Of a stretch of DNA of 64,000 bases, positions 30,701 through 38,296 are shown one piece after another. How positions within the stretch are numbered: the first letter of the stretch is position 1; every line of letters begins with the position of its first letter. Origin of the DNA: Thermoplasmata archaeon (GTDB lineage: Archaea; Thermoplasmatota; E2; JACPAO01; JAHFTW01); contig JAXDQS010000005.1 in the NCBI GenBank assembly GCA_034667725.1, positions 1 to 64,000 on the forward strand, given 5' to 3'. A program made the position numbers and the translations under genes. The notes beneath the pieces were generated by a model. That model saw only the letters and a program-made list of their open reading frames with translations. It searched no databases and was not told the DNA's origin.

Positions 30701-31920
30701 TCCCCGAAGTAGGTGGAGTAGGGGAGGCCCGTGCCCGCCGCGTTGACCTTCGTGATGAAGACGTCGCCGCCGTTGGCGTCCGGGGTGTTGCGGTAGGCGC
30801 CGATGGTGGTCGGGTAATCGTCGGACTGCGTGTAGCCAGTGGCGTAGACGCTGCCCGAGCCGTCGATGGCCACGCCCATCACGCCTTCCCAGCTGCTGCC
30901 GCCGATGTAGGTCGAGTGAACGAGGCCGCTGCCCGCCGCGTTCAACTTCGTGACGAAGCCGTCGGTGCTCCCGTAAGGGGAGGTGCGGTAGGAGCCCGCC
31001 ACCGTCGGGTAGTTGGTGGAGGTGGTGTAGCCGCCGATGTAGGCGTTGCCCGAGCCGTCCACGGCGATGCCGCGCCCGTAGTCGTTGCCGCTGCCGCCGA
31101 CGTAGGTCGAGTAGACGAGCGGGTCGATGACGAGGGGTCGCGTCGGGTCGTAGGCGCCGGGCGTGAAGCCGACCGTGCCGTCCGCGTGGATGGCGTACGC
31201 GTTGGCGACCGGCAGGGAGCCCTGCGCGGTGAGGGGCGCGCCGTGGCGGACGGGGCCGCTGCCGGTGGCAAGGGCAAGGCTGCCGTCGGGCTCCACCGCG
31301 AGGCCGTCCGCGCCCTCGAACCGGAGCCGGATGGCGGACGGGTCGGCGCCGGGGTTGACAATGAAGTCGTACTCCAGGCTGCCGTCGTCGGCGGCGTAGT
31401 AGGCCAGGTCGATGCCCGGGTAGAGGTCGTGGACCGTGACGCGGTGGAAGTGGGGGACGCTGGAGCGCCAGGCGGCGGGGTCGCCGACGAAGTAGTTGGT
31501 GTAGTAGGGGTCGAGGCCGTCCGCGGCGAAGGCGGCCTCAGGGTCCGCGCCCTCGAAGCGGAGGAAGATGGCCGTCTCGAGCACGGTGGCGGCGGGGTCA
31601 AGGGGGTCCGCGGGAGCCTCGCCGTGCAGGACGGTGACGAGCGCGCCGGCCGTGAGGAAGGCGTCGTAGCCCGGGGCACGGAAGCGGTAGAGCACCGGCC
31701 CGTCCCACTGGCCGAGGTTCTTCTCGAACAAGGGACCGTGCGACGCCCGGGACGGCGCGGCCTCGAGGGCGCCAAGCGGCAGGGAGGCCAGGCTGCCGAG
31801 GTCCAGGGTCGGCGGGGCGACGGCGGGGGCCGCCGGAAGGGACGCCGCGGCCCCGAGGGGCAGCAGGAGCACGACCGCCGCCGCGACGGCGGACTTGGAA
31901 AACTTCGTCAGGGAGCCCAT
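27787..31920 (-). CDS. Secreted SBBP-repeat protein with Fn3/Ig-like domains, paralogue of 19407-22919
   Basis: Start MGSLTKF at 31920; FEKNLGQW, YSTYxGG repeats, Fn3 PGTPTGL..YRVSAVN. Confidence 0.9.
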   Translation of the reverse strand: MGSLTKFSKSAVAAAVVLLLPLGAAASLPAAPAVAPPTLDLGSLASLPLGALEAAPSRASHGPLFEKNLGQWDGPVLYRFRAPGYDAFLTAGALVTVLHGEAPADPLDPAATVLETAIFLRFEGADPEAAFAADGLDPYYTNYFVGDPAAWRSSVPHFHRVTVHDLYPGIDLAYYAADDGSLEYDFIVNPGADPSAIRLRFEGADGLAVEPDGSLALATGSGPVRHGAPLTAQGSLPVANAYAIHADGTVGFTPGAYDPTRPLVIDPLVYSTYVGGSGNDYGRGIAVDGSGNAYIGGYTTSTNYPTVAGSYRTSPYGSTDGFVTKLNAAGSGLVHSTYIGGSSWEGVMGVAIDGSGSVYATGYTQSDDYPTTIGAYRNTPDANGGDVFITKVNAAGTGLPYSTYFGDDWGTDQAGAIAVDASGNAYITGTSGGYFPTTPGAYRTGGVSEEFVTKMNPTGTALVYSTLLGYSGCSGCGNSIALDGSGNAYVTGQVTDFSSFPVTAGAYDTTHNGGYEAYVVKLNAAGSGVAYSTYVGGSGYDYPQDIAVDSSGNAYVTGYTSSTNFPVTGGALQGTKSGGYDTFVLRLNAAGNGLGYSTYMGGSSDDEAHSIAVDGSGYAYVTGSAKSSDFPTYGSYQSFGGGYSDVFIAKVTGTGTLAYSTYLGGNVYNEYGYGVAVDGSGNAYMAGYVDGGTFPTTAGAYQTTRPGGADAVVAKVSAPTVPGTPTGLLGSCGSPHGTALSWTAPGNGGSSITSYRVYRSPDGVSFAQVGTSVTTFYTDVPTYQTSALTYRVSAVNSLGEGAVSATVARSPCDLQSPAVPYTTTLPWTGTPPTLDGQSWQDPYSGLRADVRYTVGSSSGGSDYVASTLMPVQPTDGQTAAWTPSWTLTTLSQGRNYVNVDAADRAGNHGIANAAWVVQYDTLTPTVSGATPIDTAWTNLNPTLSGVCFLDTFSGLANTVRYWVGSSAGGSDYLAATALPTQPFSGQQTSWCPSFQASAAALHQGDNHVTLETKDRVGNTATVQAFRIRYDNQAETVTGLTALANAGGAALPASTWQTDATPRFEWTASTPGTSPFAGYSRNLGTSSSAVPDSIVDTTDTFYEPGTRTDGTWYFTVRAKDAAGNLGPVAGPFVLKVDATAPTLPTVWSSTHPSPAAYHPSASPVLHWSASDATSGIDGYSYDLVTGTSPPALDTVKDVEETTTSASYPGLGTFGTWTFRVRAVDNTGNWGPVQSFAVNIDAIAPDIVAYEPTGTVAVDTNVLATARPTLIVEFGDEDGGADTGSPALTPIVLATALLLVDGVDIRSDWAPACAKLSPLCVFTLSDTLLAYQPILWTPGVHQIHFEVRDAAGNLRALDWSWAFEDDSAPAPALPGPGPV

Positions 31921-32012
31921 GCGAACCACACGACGCCCAGGCAAAAGGCGGGAAATAAACGCTTGGAGGAAAAGGGTGCAAGCTGGCCGAAGCTTCCCGC
32001 CCTCGCCCCCAT

Positions 32013-32111
32013 CTTTAAGTATGGGTCCTGTGTCGGCCGAGCCTGCACACCCCTGTTTTGCAGGGGGAGGCACCGATCCTGGGCCCCTTCGAGGGCCCGG
32101 GGGAGTCTACC
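32013..32111 (+). promoter_or_regulatory. TATA-like box and hairpin-rich 5' leader of the rps13 operon
   Basis: CTTTAAG at 32013-32019; hairpins CCCCTG..CAGGGG and GGGCCC-CTTCGA-GGGCCC. Confidence 0.55.
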
Positions 32112-32624
32112 ATGGCGAACAAGCAAGAGGAATTCGGGCCGGACTTCCGGCACTTGGTCCGCATCCTGAACACGGACCTGGACGGCAAGAAGAGCGTCGG
32201 GACGGCCCTGGCCTACGTGCCGGGCGTCGGCAAGCGGCTGGCCTACGTGGTCGCCCGCAACGCCAGCCTGGACGCGAAGCAGCGCATCGGCGACATTTCG
32301 GACGCCGAGATCGCGATGCTGCACACGGTCATCACGGAGCTCACCGAGACGCTCCCCGTCTGGCTGGTCAACCGCCGCAAGGACCCCGAGTCCGGCGAAG
32401 ACCGCCACATGGTCGGCCCCGAGATCACCATCATGCTGCGCGAGGACCTCAACCGCCTCAAGAAGATCCGCAGCTGGCGCGGCCACCGCCACGAGAAGCG
32501 CCTGCCCACCCGCGGCCAGCGCACCAAGAACAACGGCCGCTTCGGCGCCGCCGTCGGCGTCCAGCGCAAGGTCGAGGGCCAGGCCGGCGCTCCCGCCAAG
32601 CCTGCTGAAGGGGGCAAGAAGTAG
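32112..32624 (+). CDS. rps13: 30S ribosomal protein uS13
   Basis: VRILNTDLDG, WLVNRRKD, RGQRTKNNGR. Confidence 0.97.
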   Translation: MANKQEEFGPDFRHLVRILNTDLDGKKSVGTALAYVPGVGKRLAYVVARNASLDAKQRIGDISDAEIAMLHTVITELTETLPVWLVNRRKDPESGEDRHMVGPEITIMLREDLNRLKKIRSWRGHRHEKRLPTRGQRTKNNGRFGAAVGVQRKVEGQAGAPAKPAEGGKK

Positions 32625-33224
32625 ATGGGCCAGCCCAAGTTCCAGCGCAAGCACTTCGACACGCCCAGCCACCCGTGGCAGGGCGACCGCATCAAGGCCG
32701 AGAACGAGGTCAAGACCAAGTTCGGCCTCAAGAACAAGACCGAGATCTGGAAGGCCCAGACCCGCCTGCGCGAGATGCGCGGCCAGGCCCGTGAGCTCGT
32801 CGCCCGCACCCGCAACCCCGCGGACACGCAGGCCCAGCGGGAGGCCCAGCTCCTCATCTCCCGCATGCAGCGCCAAGGCTACCTCGGCGAGGAGCCGACC
32901 CTGAACGACGTGCTCGGCCTCGACCTCGAGCGCATCCTCAACCGCCGCCTCCAGAGCCAAGTCTACCTGAAGGGCCTCGCCCGCACCCCGAAGCAGGCCC
33001 GGCAGTTCATCAGCCACGGCTGCATCAAGATCGGCGACCGCCGCGTCACCGTCCCCTCGTACGTGGTCCGCCGCGGCGAGGAGGAGCTCATCGCCATCGA
33101 CCCCACCAAGGCGCTGGCCGACGAGAACCACCCGGTGCGCCCCAAGGCCGCCGGCTTCGAGCCCCCGGCCCCCGCGGCGCCCGCCCCTGAGGCGGCGCCC
33201 GCCACCAAGGAGGTCACGGCATGA
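32625..33224 (+). CDS. rps4: 30S ribosomal protein uS4
   Basis: [29 protein letters not shown]. Confidence 0.97.
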   Translation: MGQPKFQRKHFDTPSHPWQGDRIKAENEVKTKFGLKNKTEIWKAQTRLREMRGQARELVARTRNPADTQAQREAQLLISRMQRQGYLGEEPTLNDVLGLDLERILNRRLQSQVYLKGLARTPKQARQFISHGCIKIGDRRVTVPSYVVRRGEEELIAIDPTKALADENHPVRPKAAGFEPPAPAAPAPEAAPATKEVTA

Positions 33225-33607
33225 GCGACAAGAAGGGCATCGCGCACATCTTCGCGAGCTACAACAACGTCCTGATCACCGTGACCGACGCCACCGGCGC
33301 CGAGACCATCGCCAAGGCCTCCGGCGGCATGGCCGTCAAGTCCGACAAGGACAAGGGCGGCCCGTTCGCGGCCATGAGCGTTGCGCAGCGCATCGCCGAG
33401 GCCCTCAAGGAGAAGGGCTTCACCACCGTCGACATCCGCGTCCGCGGCTACGGCGGCAACAAGGCCCGCAGCCCCGGCCCCGGCGCCCAGGCCGCCATCC
33501 GTGGCCTGGCCCGCAACGGCATCCTGGTCGGCCGCATCGAGGACGTCACCCCGATCCCGCATGACGGCTGCCGCAAGAAGGGCGGCCGCCGCGGCCGCCG
33601 CGTGTGA
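33221..33607 (+). CDS. rps11: 30S ribosomal protein uS11
   Basis: [29 protein letters not shown]. Confidence 0.98.
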   Translation: MSDKKGIAHIFASYNNVLITVTDATGAETIAKASGGMAVKSDKDKGGPFAAMSVAQRIAEALKEKGFTTVDIRVRGYGGNKARSPGPGAQAAIRGLARNGILVGRIEDVTPIPHDGCRKKGGRRGRRV

Positions 33608-33620
33608 GCGGAGGCATCCC

Positions 33621-34409
33621 GTGAAAATCGAGATCAAGCACATCACCGACCGCGAGTGCAAGCTCGTCGTGGACGGCGTCCACCCGTACTTCGTCAACGC
33701 CCTGCGCCGCACCCTGCTGTCGGAAGTCCCGAAGCTGGCCGTCGACAAGGTGACGTTCTACGACAACACCTCCGCGCTGTTCGACGAGATCATCGCCCAC
33801 CGCATCGGCCTGCTCCCCGTCCCGACCGACCCGTCCACCCTGAACCTCATCGGCCAGGCGGACGCCGACGGCAAGCCGACGTACGTCGTGCGCTACACCC
33901 TCACCAAGGAAGGCCCGTGCACGGTGTACAGCGGCGACCTCGAGCCCGAGGACAAGAAGTTCGCCATCGTCGACCCCAAGGTCCCGATCGTCGAGCTCCT
34001 GGCCGACCAACGCCTCATCCTCGAGGCCGAGGCCGTCCTGGGCCAAGGCACGCAGCACGCCAAGTGGCAGGTCTGCTCCGCTGTCGGCTACAAGTACTTC
34101 CCGACGGTCACGATCGACGCCAAAAAGATCAAGCCGGAGCAGGCCCAGCTGGCGGTCCAGCGCAGCCCCGCCGGCATCCTCGGCGTCGACAACGGCAAGC
34201 TCGTCGTCCTCCAGATGGACGAGGTCAACCGCGCCGACGAAGCCGAGAAGATCCTCGGCGACGGCTTCCGCATCAAGTACGACGACCGGAAGTTCGTGTT
34301 CCGCTTCGAGACCGACGGCTCCCTCAAGGCCGAGGACGCCCTCATGAAGGCCCTCGACCTCCTGAAGGAGCGGTTCGAGCGCTTCCAGGAAGCCGCCAGC
34401 GACCTGTAA
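33621..34409 (+). CDS. rpoD: RNA polymerase subunit D (Rpo3)
   Basis: GTG start; NALRRTLLSEVP, DEIIAHRIGLLP, HAKWQ, FETDGSL. Confidence 0.96.
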   Translation: MKIEIKHITDRECKLVVDGVHPYFVNALRRTLLSEVPKLAVDKVTFYDNTSALFDEIIAHRIGLLPVPTDPSTLNLIGQADADGKPTYVVRYTLTKEGPCTVYSGDLEPEDKKFAIVDPKVPIVELLADQRLILEAEAVLGQGTQHAKWQVCSAVGYKYFPTVTIDAKKIKPEQAQLAVQRSPAGILGVDNGKLVVLQMDEVNRADEAEKILGDGFRIKYDDRKFVFRFETDGSLKAEDALMKALDLLKERFERFQEAASDL

Positions 34410-34505
34410 GGTTCATCAAGCGCGACTTTTCCCCTCCACCCACCCCCGGGACGGCTGACTAACCGCCCAGGGCCGGCCCGCCGCAAAAGGCGAGGCCGAA
34501 TCTCC

Positions 34506-34587
34506 GCACAGGTAGTCAAGTGGCCAACGACGGGAGGTTCAGGGCCTCCTTCTTCGTGATTCGCAGGTTCGAATCCTGTCCTGTGCA
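34506..34587 (+). tRNA. tRNA-Leu(CAG), no encoded CCA
   Basis: Acceptor GCACAGG/CCTGTGC+A; D arm GTC..TGG..GAC; anticodon arm GGAGG-TTCAGGG-CCTCC; long variable region; T arm GCAGG-TTCGAAT-CCTGT. Confidence 0.93.
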
Positions 34588-34588
34588 C

Positions 34589-34988
34589 TAAGCAAGGGTC
34601 GCTGCGCGAAGCGCCAGCGCCCGGTCCTGGAGTGTTGGACAGGATTCGCCGAGCGATGCGAAGCGAGCGAGGAATCCCTGCGCGACCGAAGGGAGCGCAG
34701 GGTCGAATCCTGTCCTGTGCACTCCAACAGCCAGCGATGCGCAGCGAGCGGTGCTGCGGAGTCGCACAGGGCAGGATTCGCCGAGCGACGCGAAGCGAGC
34801 GAGGAATCCCTGCGCGACCGAAGGGAGCGCAGGGTCGAATCCTGTCCTGTGCACTAGAACAGACAGACGTGTGCGCGCAGCGCCACACGCTGGTTTCGAA
34901 GGGCTGGGCAGGATTCGCCGAGCGCCGCAGGCGCGAGGAATCCCTGCGCGACCGAAGGGAGCATAGGGTCGAACCCTGTCCTGTGCAC
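34589..34988 (+). repeat. Array of three 83-86 bp structured repeats, each ending in the tRNA-Leu 3' end, separated by unique ~46-51 bp hairpin spacers
   Basis: Units 34637-34722, 34769-34854, 34906-34988; period 134/132/134 bp from the tRNA 3' end. Confidence 0.92.
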
Positions 34989-35088
34989 CTCGCCAACGTG
35001 CGTGGCCGCCCGCCAAGAGCAGGACCCACGGTTGAGGGCGGCGCCCCCCTTGGAGGAGACATTTTGTGCAGGACCCTGTGGCGCATCC

Positions 35089-35652
35089 GTGGCCTGGCTG
35101 GAGTTCGCCTCCGCGTTCCTTCTCGTGCTCGTCGCGGAGTTGGGCGACAAGACGCAGTTGGCCGTCGCCGTGATGGCGGTACGCGGCAGAGCCCTCCAAG
35201 TCTTCGCCGGCGCGGCCGCCGCGTTTCTCGTGTTGACGTTGCTTGCGGTGACGCTGGGCGCGGCGGTCGCGAGCGCCGTTCCGGCAAAGTGGACCAACCT
35301 CGCGGCGGGTCTGCTGTTCCTAGGCATGGGGGCGCTGGCCTTCTTGCGCAAGGATGACAAGGAGGCGGAAGAACTGGTCCGAGGCGCGACAATGGGCAGC
35401 GCGTTCTTGGCCGTGGCCTTGGCGGAGTTCGGGGACAAATCGCAACTGGCGACGAGCGCACTCGCCGCGCAAGGGGATGCCTTCCTCGTGGGCTTGGGCG
35501 TCCTGCTTGCCCTGTTTGTGAACGCCGCCTTGGCCGCGGTCTTAGGAGCCAAGCTCTTGTCCCGTCTGCCGGCGCGGACGTTGAAGGTTGTCTCTTGCGC
35601 TCTGTTCCTGGTCGCCGGAGCCTGGTTGCTTGCCGCGGCAGCCGCCGGTTAG
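35089..35652 (+). CDS. TMEM165/GDT1 (UPF0016) Mn2+/Ca2+ transporter
   Basis: Two signature motifs ELGDKTQL and EFGDKSQL; six TM segments; GTG start at 35089 inferred. Confidence 0.9.
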   Translation: MAWLEFASAFLLVLVAELGDKTQLAVAVMAVRGRALQVFAGAAAAFLVLTLLAVTLGAAVASAVPAKWTNLAAGLLFLGMGALAFLRKDDKEAEELVRGATMGSAFLAVALAEFGDKSQLATSALAAQGDAFLVGLGVLLALFVNAALAAVLGAKLLSRLPARTLKVVSCALFLVAGAWLLAAAAAG

Positions 35653-36010
35653 CCAGTTCCGGTCCTCGATTCTCTAGGCTTCGACTTGAAGTGGAATGAG
35701 GTGGCGCGGCTGGAGGCGGAGCGCTTCCGGATTCTGGCCGACCATGCCCACCTCGCAGCCACGCTGCGGCGCTGCCGCCCGTGCGGCCCAAATCCACCAC
35801 TACCCTCGTTGCTCAATCCGGCTTGGCCGCTGAACGCGAGGCGCGTCGTGGCCCCGCCGGGGGCTTAAGCCGAGTGGAGCAAGGGCGGGCAATGGTCTCG
35901 CCCCAACAGGAGGGAAAGCCATGTGCCCGCCATTGCTCCAAGGCGCTTTTCCCCGGTGGGGGAATCGTGTCCTTTGGCGGCTCCGGCTGCCAGAAAAACA
36001 GGTGAAACCC

Positions 36011-36253
36011 ATGAATACCACGAAACGCGTCATCGCCATCGGATTCGTCCTCGCCGTCTGCGCGGTCGCCCTCACCCCGTCCGCCACCGCCTGGACTGTC
36101 GTCGGCACCGGCACCAAGTTCTGCGACTCGGGGGCCGCCGTCGCGACCAACTGCACCTACTGTCGCGGCTACAGCGACAGCTACTGCCGCGACCACCCCG
36201 AGTACCAGTTCGTCTGCCAGTACATGGTTCTCGGGAACTGCATCCTGCAGTAG
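36011..36253 (+). CDS. Small secreted Cys-rich peptide (80 aa; 6 Cys in the mature part)
   Basis: GGTGA SD; signal peptide ending ATA; GC3-rich codons. Confidence 0.8.
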   Translation: MNTTKRVIAIGFVLAVCAVALTPSATAWTVVGTGTKFCDSGAAVATNCTYCRGYSDSYCRDHPEYQFVCQYMVLGNCILQ

Positions 36254-36306
36254 CCCCGACTGCCTCGGCCCTTCTCCCCTCCACCTTCGCATCCAGGTGA
36301 CTTCCC

Positions 36307-36369
36307 ATGAGGTCCATGAAGCGCATCGTCGCCCTCGGCGTGGCCCTCGTGCCGTCTGTCACCGCATGA
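36307..36369 (+). pseudogene. Truncated paralogue of the Cys-rich peptide (signal peptide only)
   Basis: MRSMKRIVALGVALVPSVTA-stop vs MNTTKRVIAIG..VALTPSATA-W; same CAGGTGA..CCCATG context. Confidence 0.55.
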
Positions 36370-36500
36370 CCAGTCAGAAAACGCTCGGAATCTTCAGGAA
36401 CAGGGGCAAGCCTGTCCTGTGCGCCCAGCGCCAAGGCTCCGGTTGCTTTCTCTAGCCGCCCGGGTTCCAGCTTCGGCGGCGCGGCCGCGAGCGTGCATCC

Positions 36501-37034
36501 ATGGCCACGAAGAAGAGCGCAAAGAAGCCTGTCCGCAAGACCGCCAAGAAAGTCGCCCGGCGCGCCGTCGCCAAGCCCGCCAAGAAGGCCGCCGCCCGTG
36601 CGGGCGCCAAGGGCGAGCCCACCAAGATCTTCGTCAACCTGGCCGTGCAGGACTTGGCACGGTCGAAGGCGTTCTTCGGCAAGCTGGGCTACAAGTTCAA
36701 CCCGAAGTTCACGGACGAGAACGCGGCCTGCATGGTCATCTCGGACGACATCTACGCCATGCTTCTCGTGCCTAGGTTCTTCCAGAGCTTCACGTCGAAG
36801 GCCATCGTCGACGCCCGTGCCAGCGTGGAGGCCATCCTGGCCCTCAGCCTGCCGTCCCGCAAGGCGGTCGACGCCATCGTGGCCAAGGCCTACGCCGCCG
36901 GCGGCCGCAAGTACCGGGAGCCCCAGGATTTCGGTTTCATGTACAGTTGCGCCTTCGAGGATCCGGACGGCCACCTCTGGGAGTACGTCTGGATGGATCC
37001 CGTCGCGGCGGCGAACGGCCCGCCCAAGGCGTAG
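36501..37034 (+). CDS. VOC/glyoxalase-family protein with Lys/Ala-rich N-terminus
   Basis: IFVNLAVQDLARSKAFF, FEDPDGHLWE. Confidence 0.9.
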   Translation: MATKKSAKKPVRKTAKKVARRAVAKPAKKAAARAGAKGEPTKIFVNLAVQDLARSKAFFGKLGYKFNPKFTDENAACMVISDDIYAMLLVPRFFQSFTSKAIVDARASVEAILALSLPSRKAVDAIVAKAYAAGGRKYREPQDFGFMYSCAFEDPDGHLWEYVWMDPVAAANGPPKA

Positions 37035-37042
37035 GGTCGCGC

Positions 37043-37945
37043 GTGGGCATCGCCGCGCTCAAGAAGCTGCTGCCGACGCAGCCCTTCGACCCAAGCGCGC
37101 TCCGGGGCAAGACCTTGGCCGTCGACGCGGACAACTTGATCTGGTCGTTCGCGACGGCGCTTGCGGCCTCCAGCGACTTCCCCAAGGCTCCGGACGGGCG
37201 GACGGTCACCCATCTTTACGGCCTGGTCGCGCGGCTGACGCAGTACGCGAAGTGGGGCGCGCGCAGCGTCTGGGTGTTCGACGGCGTGCAGCCCGAGTTG
37301 AAGGAGGCGACGCTGGTGGGCCGCGCGGAACGCATCGAGGCGGCGCGCGCCGCCGGCGACAACCCGCAGGCGATGGTGATGGTGGGCGAGCCGGAGTTGG
37401 CGGAGTGCCGCGACCTGCTCACCCTCCTTGGCGTGCCATGGGTGGTGGCGCCGGGCGAGTCGGACGCCCAGTGCGCGCACCTCGTGGAATCGGGCGCGGC
37501 GTGGGCGGCCGTGACGCAGGATTGGGACATCGCGCTGTTCGGCGCGCCGCGGGCGCTGCGGAACCTGACGCTGAGCAAGACGCGCACGCCGGAGCTGCTG
37601 GAGCTTGCGCCGGCGCTCGCGCACGCGGGCCTGACGCGGGCGCAACTGGTGGACGCGGCCATCCTCATCGGCACCGACTACAACGAGGGCGTGCGCGGCG
37701 TCGGGCCGGTCAAGGCCGTGGCGCTCGTCAAGAAGCACGGCGACCTGCCCAAGGCGCTCGACGCGCTTGGCGTCCGGATGCCGGACGCGGACCAGGTGCG
37801 GCGGCTGTTCCTCCATCATCCCGTCGACGCGGCGTTCGCGCCGCGCTTCGGCACGCCGGACGAGGCCGCGCTGCGCGCGTTCCTCGCCGGGCGTGGCCTG
37901 TCGGCGAAGCGCGGCGACGACCTGCTTGGCGCCATTCGGGCCTGA
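37043..37945 (+). CDS. fen: Flap endonuclease-1-like nuclease (XPG/FEN1 family), short form
   Basis: GTG start; LAVDA, WVFDG, APGESDAQCA, QDWD.ALFG, GTDYNEGVRGVGPVKA. Confidence 0.88.
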   Translation: MGIAALKKLLPTQPFDPSALRGKTLAVDADNLIWSFATALAASSDFPKAPDGRTVTHLYGLVARLTQYAKWGARSVWVFDGVQPELKEATLVGRAERIEAARAAGDNPQAMVMVGEPELAECRDLLTLLGVPWVVAPGESDAQCAHLVESGAAWAAVTQDWDIALFGAPRALRNLTLSKTRTPELLELAPALAHAGLTRAQLVDAAILIGTDYNEGVRGVGPVKAVALVKKHGDLPKALDALGVRMPDADQVRRLFLHHPVDAAFAPRFGTPDEAALRAFLAGRGLSAKRGDDLLGAIRA

Positions 37946-38064
37946 GGACTTGGACGCCGGCCCCAGCGCCGCGCCGCATCGCGTGTTGTCCCCACCGTGG
38001 TAGGGCGGCTTGGCGGGGTGAGGGCAGGGCCGGCGACGCCCCAGTCGGCTTCCCGGCCAAGAGC

Positions 38065-38220
38065 CTACCGTCGAGCCCGGTCGATGCAGCCGGCCGCGCC
38101 GCAGCCGCACGGGGTCGCGTAGCTGCATTGGAACGGGCACAGGCCGCAGCCCCAGTCGAGGGTGTGGCCGGCGGTTCGCATCGCCTTGGCCAAGCATTGG
38201 GTGGGCAGGGTCGCCTGCAT
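38065..38220 (-). CDS. Possible Cys-rich microprotein (51 aa)
   Basis: MQATLPTQC..WGCGLCPFQCSYATPCGCGAAGCIDRARR, 7 Cys, in otherwise empty intergenic space. Confidence 0.4.
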   Translation of the reverse strand: MQATLPTQCLAKAMRTAGHTLDWGCGLCPFQCSYATPCGCGAAGCIDRARR

Positions 38221-38296
38221 GGCGGCAGGCATTGGCTTGCGGGCTTTGGCCGCTTGCGCCAAAGACTCGTGGGGCCTCTTGCTCGTCCCGGAAAAG

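Noticed and set aside
34506-34587. tRNA-Sec or opal suppressor (TTCA in the loop)
   Set aside because: The 7-nt loop TTCAGGG centres on CAG and the stems are the standard 7/5, so it is Leu
34589-34988. True CRISPR array
   Set aside because: Repeats are ~85 bp and tRNA-derived, spacers are themselves hairpins, and there are no cas genes in the window
34637-34988. Additional intact tRNA genes
   Set aside because: Units lack D and anticodon arms and have GGGTCGA in place of GGTTCGA
34989-35088. yybP-ykoY manganese riboswitch upstream of GDT1
   Set aside because: Consensus motifs not recognisable by eye; would need an Infernal search
34588-35199. 203-aa minus-strand ORF and overlapping ORFs with repeated peptides
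   Set aside because: Translations of the non-coding repeat array and antisense of GDT1
35686-35868. 60-aa TTG-start ORF
   Set aside because: No motif or SD support; likely spurious
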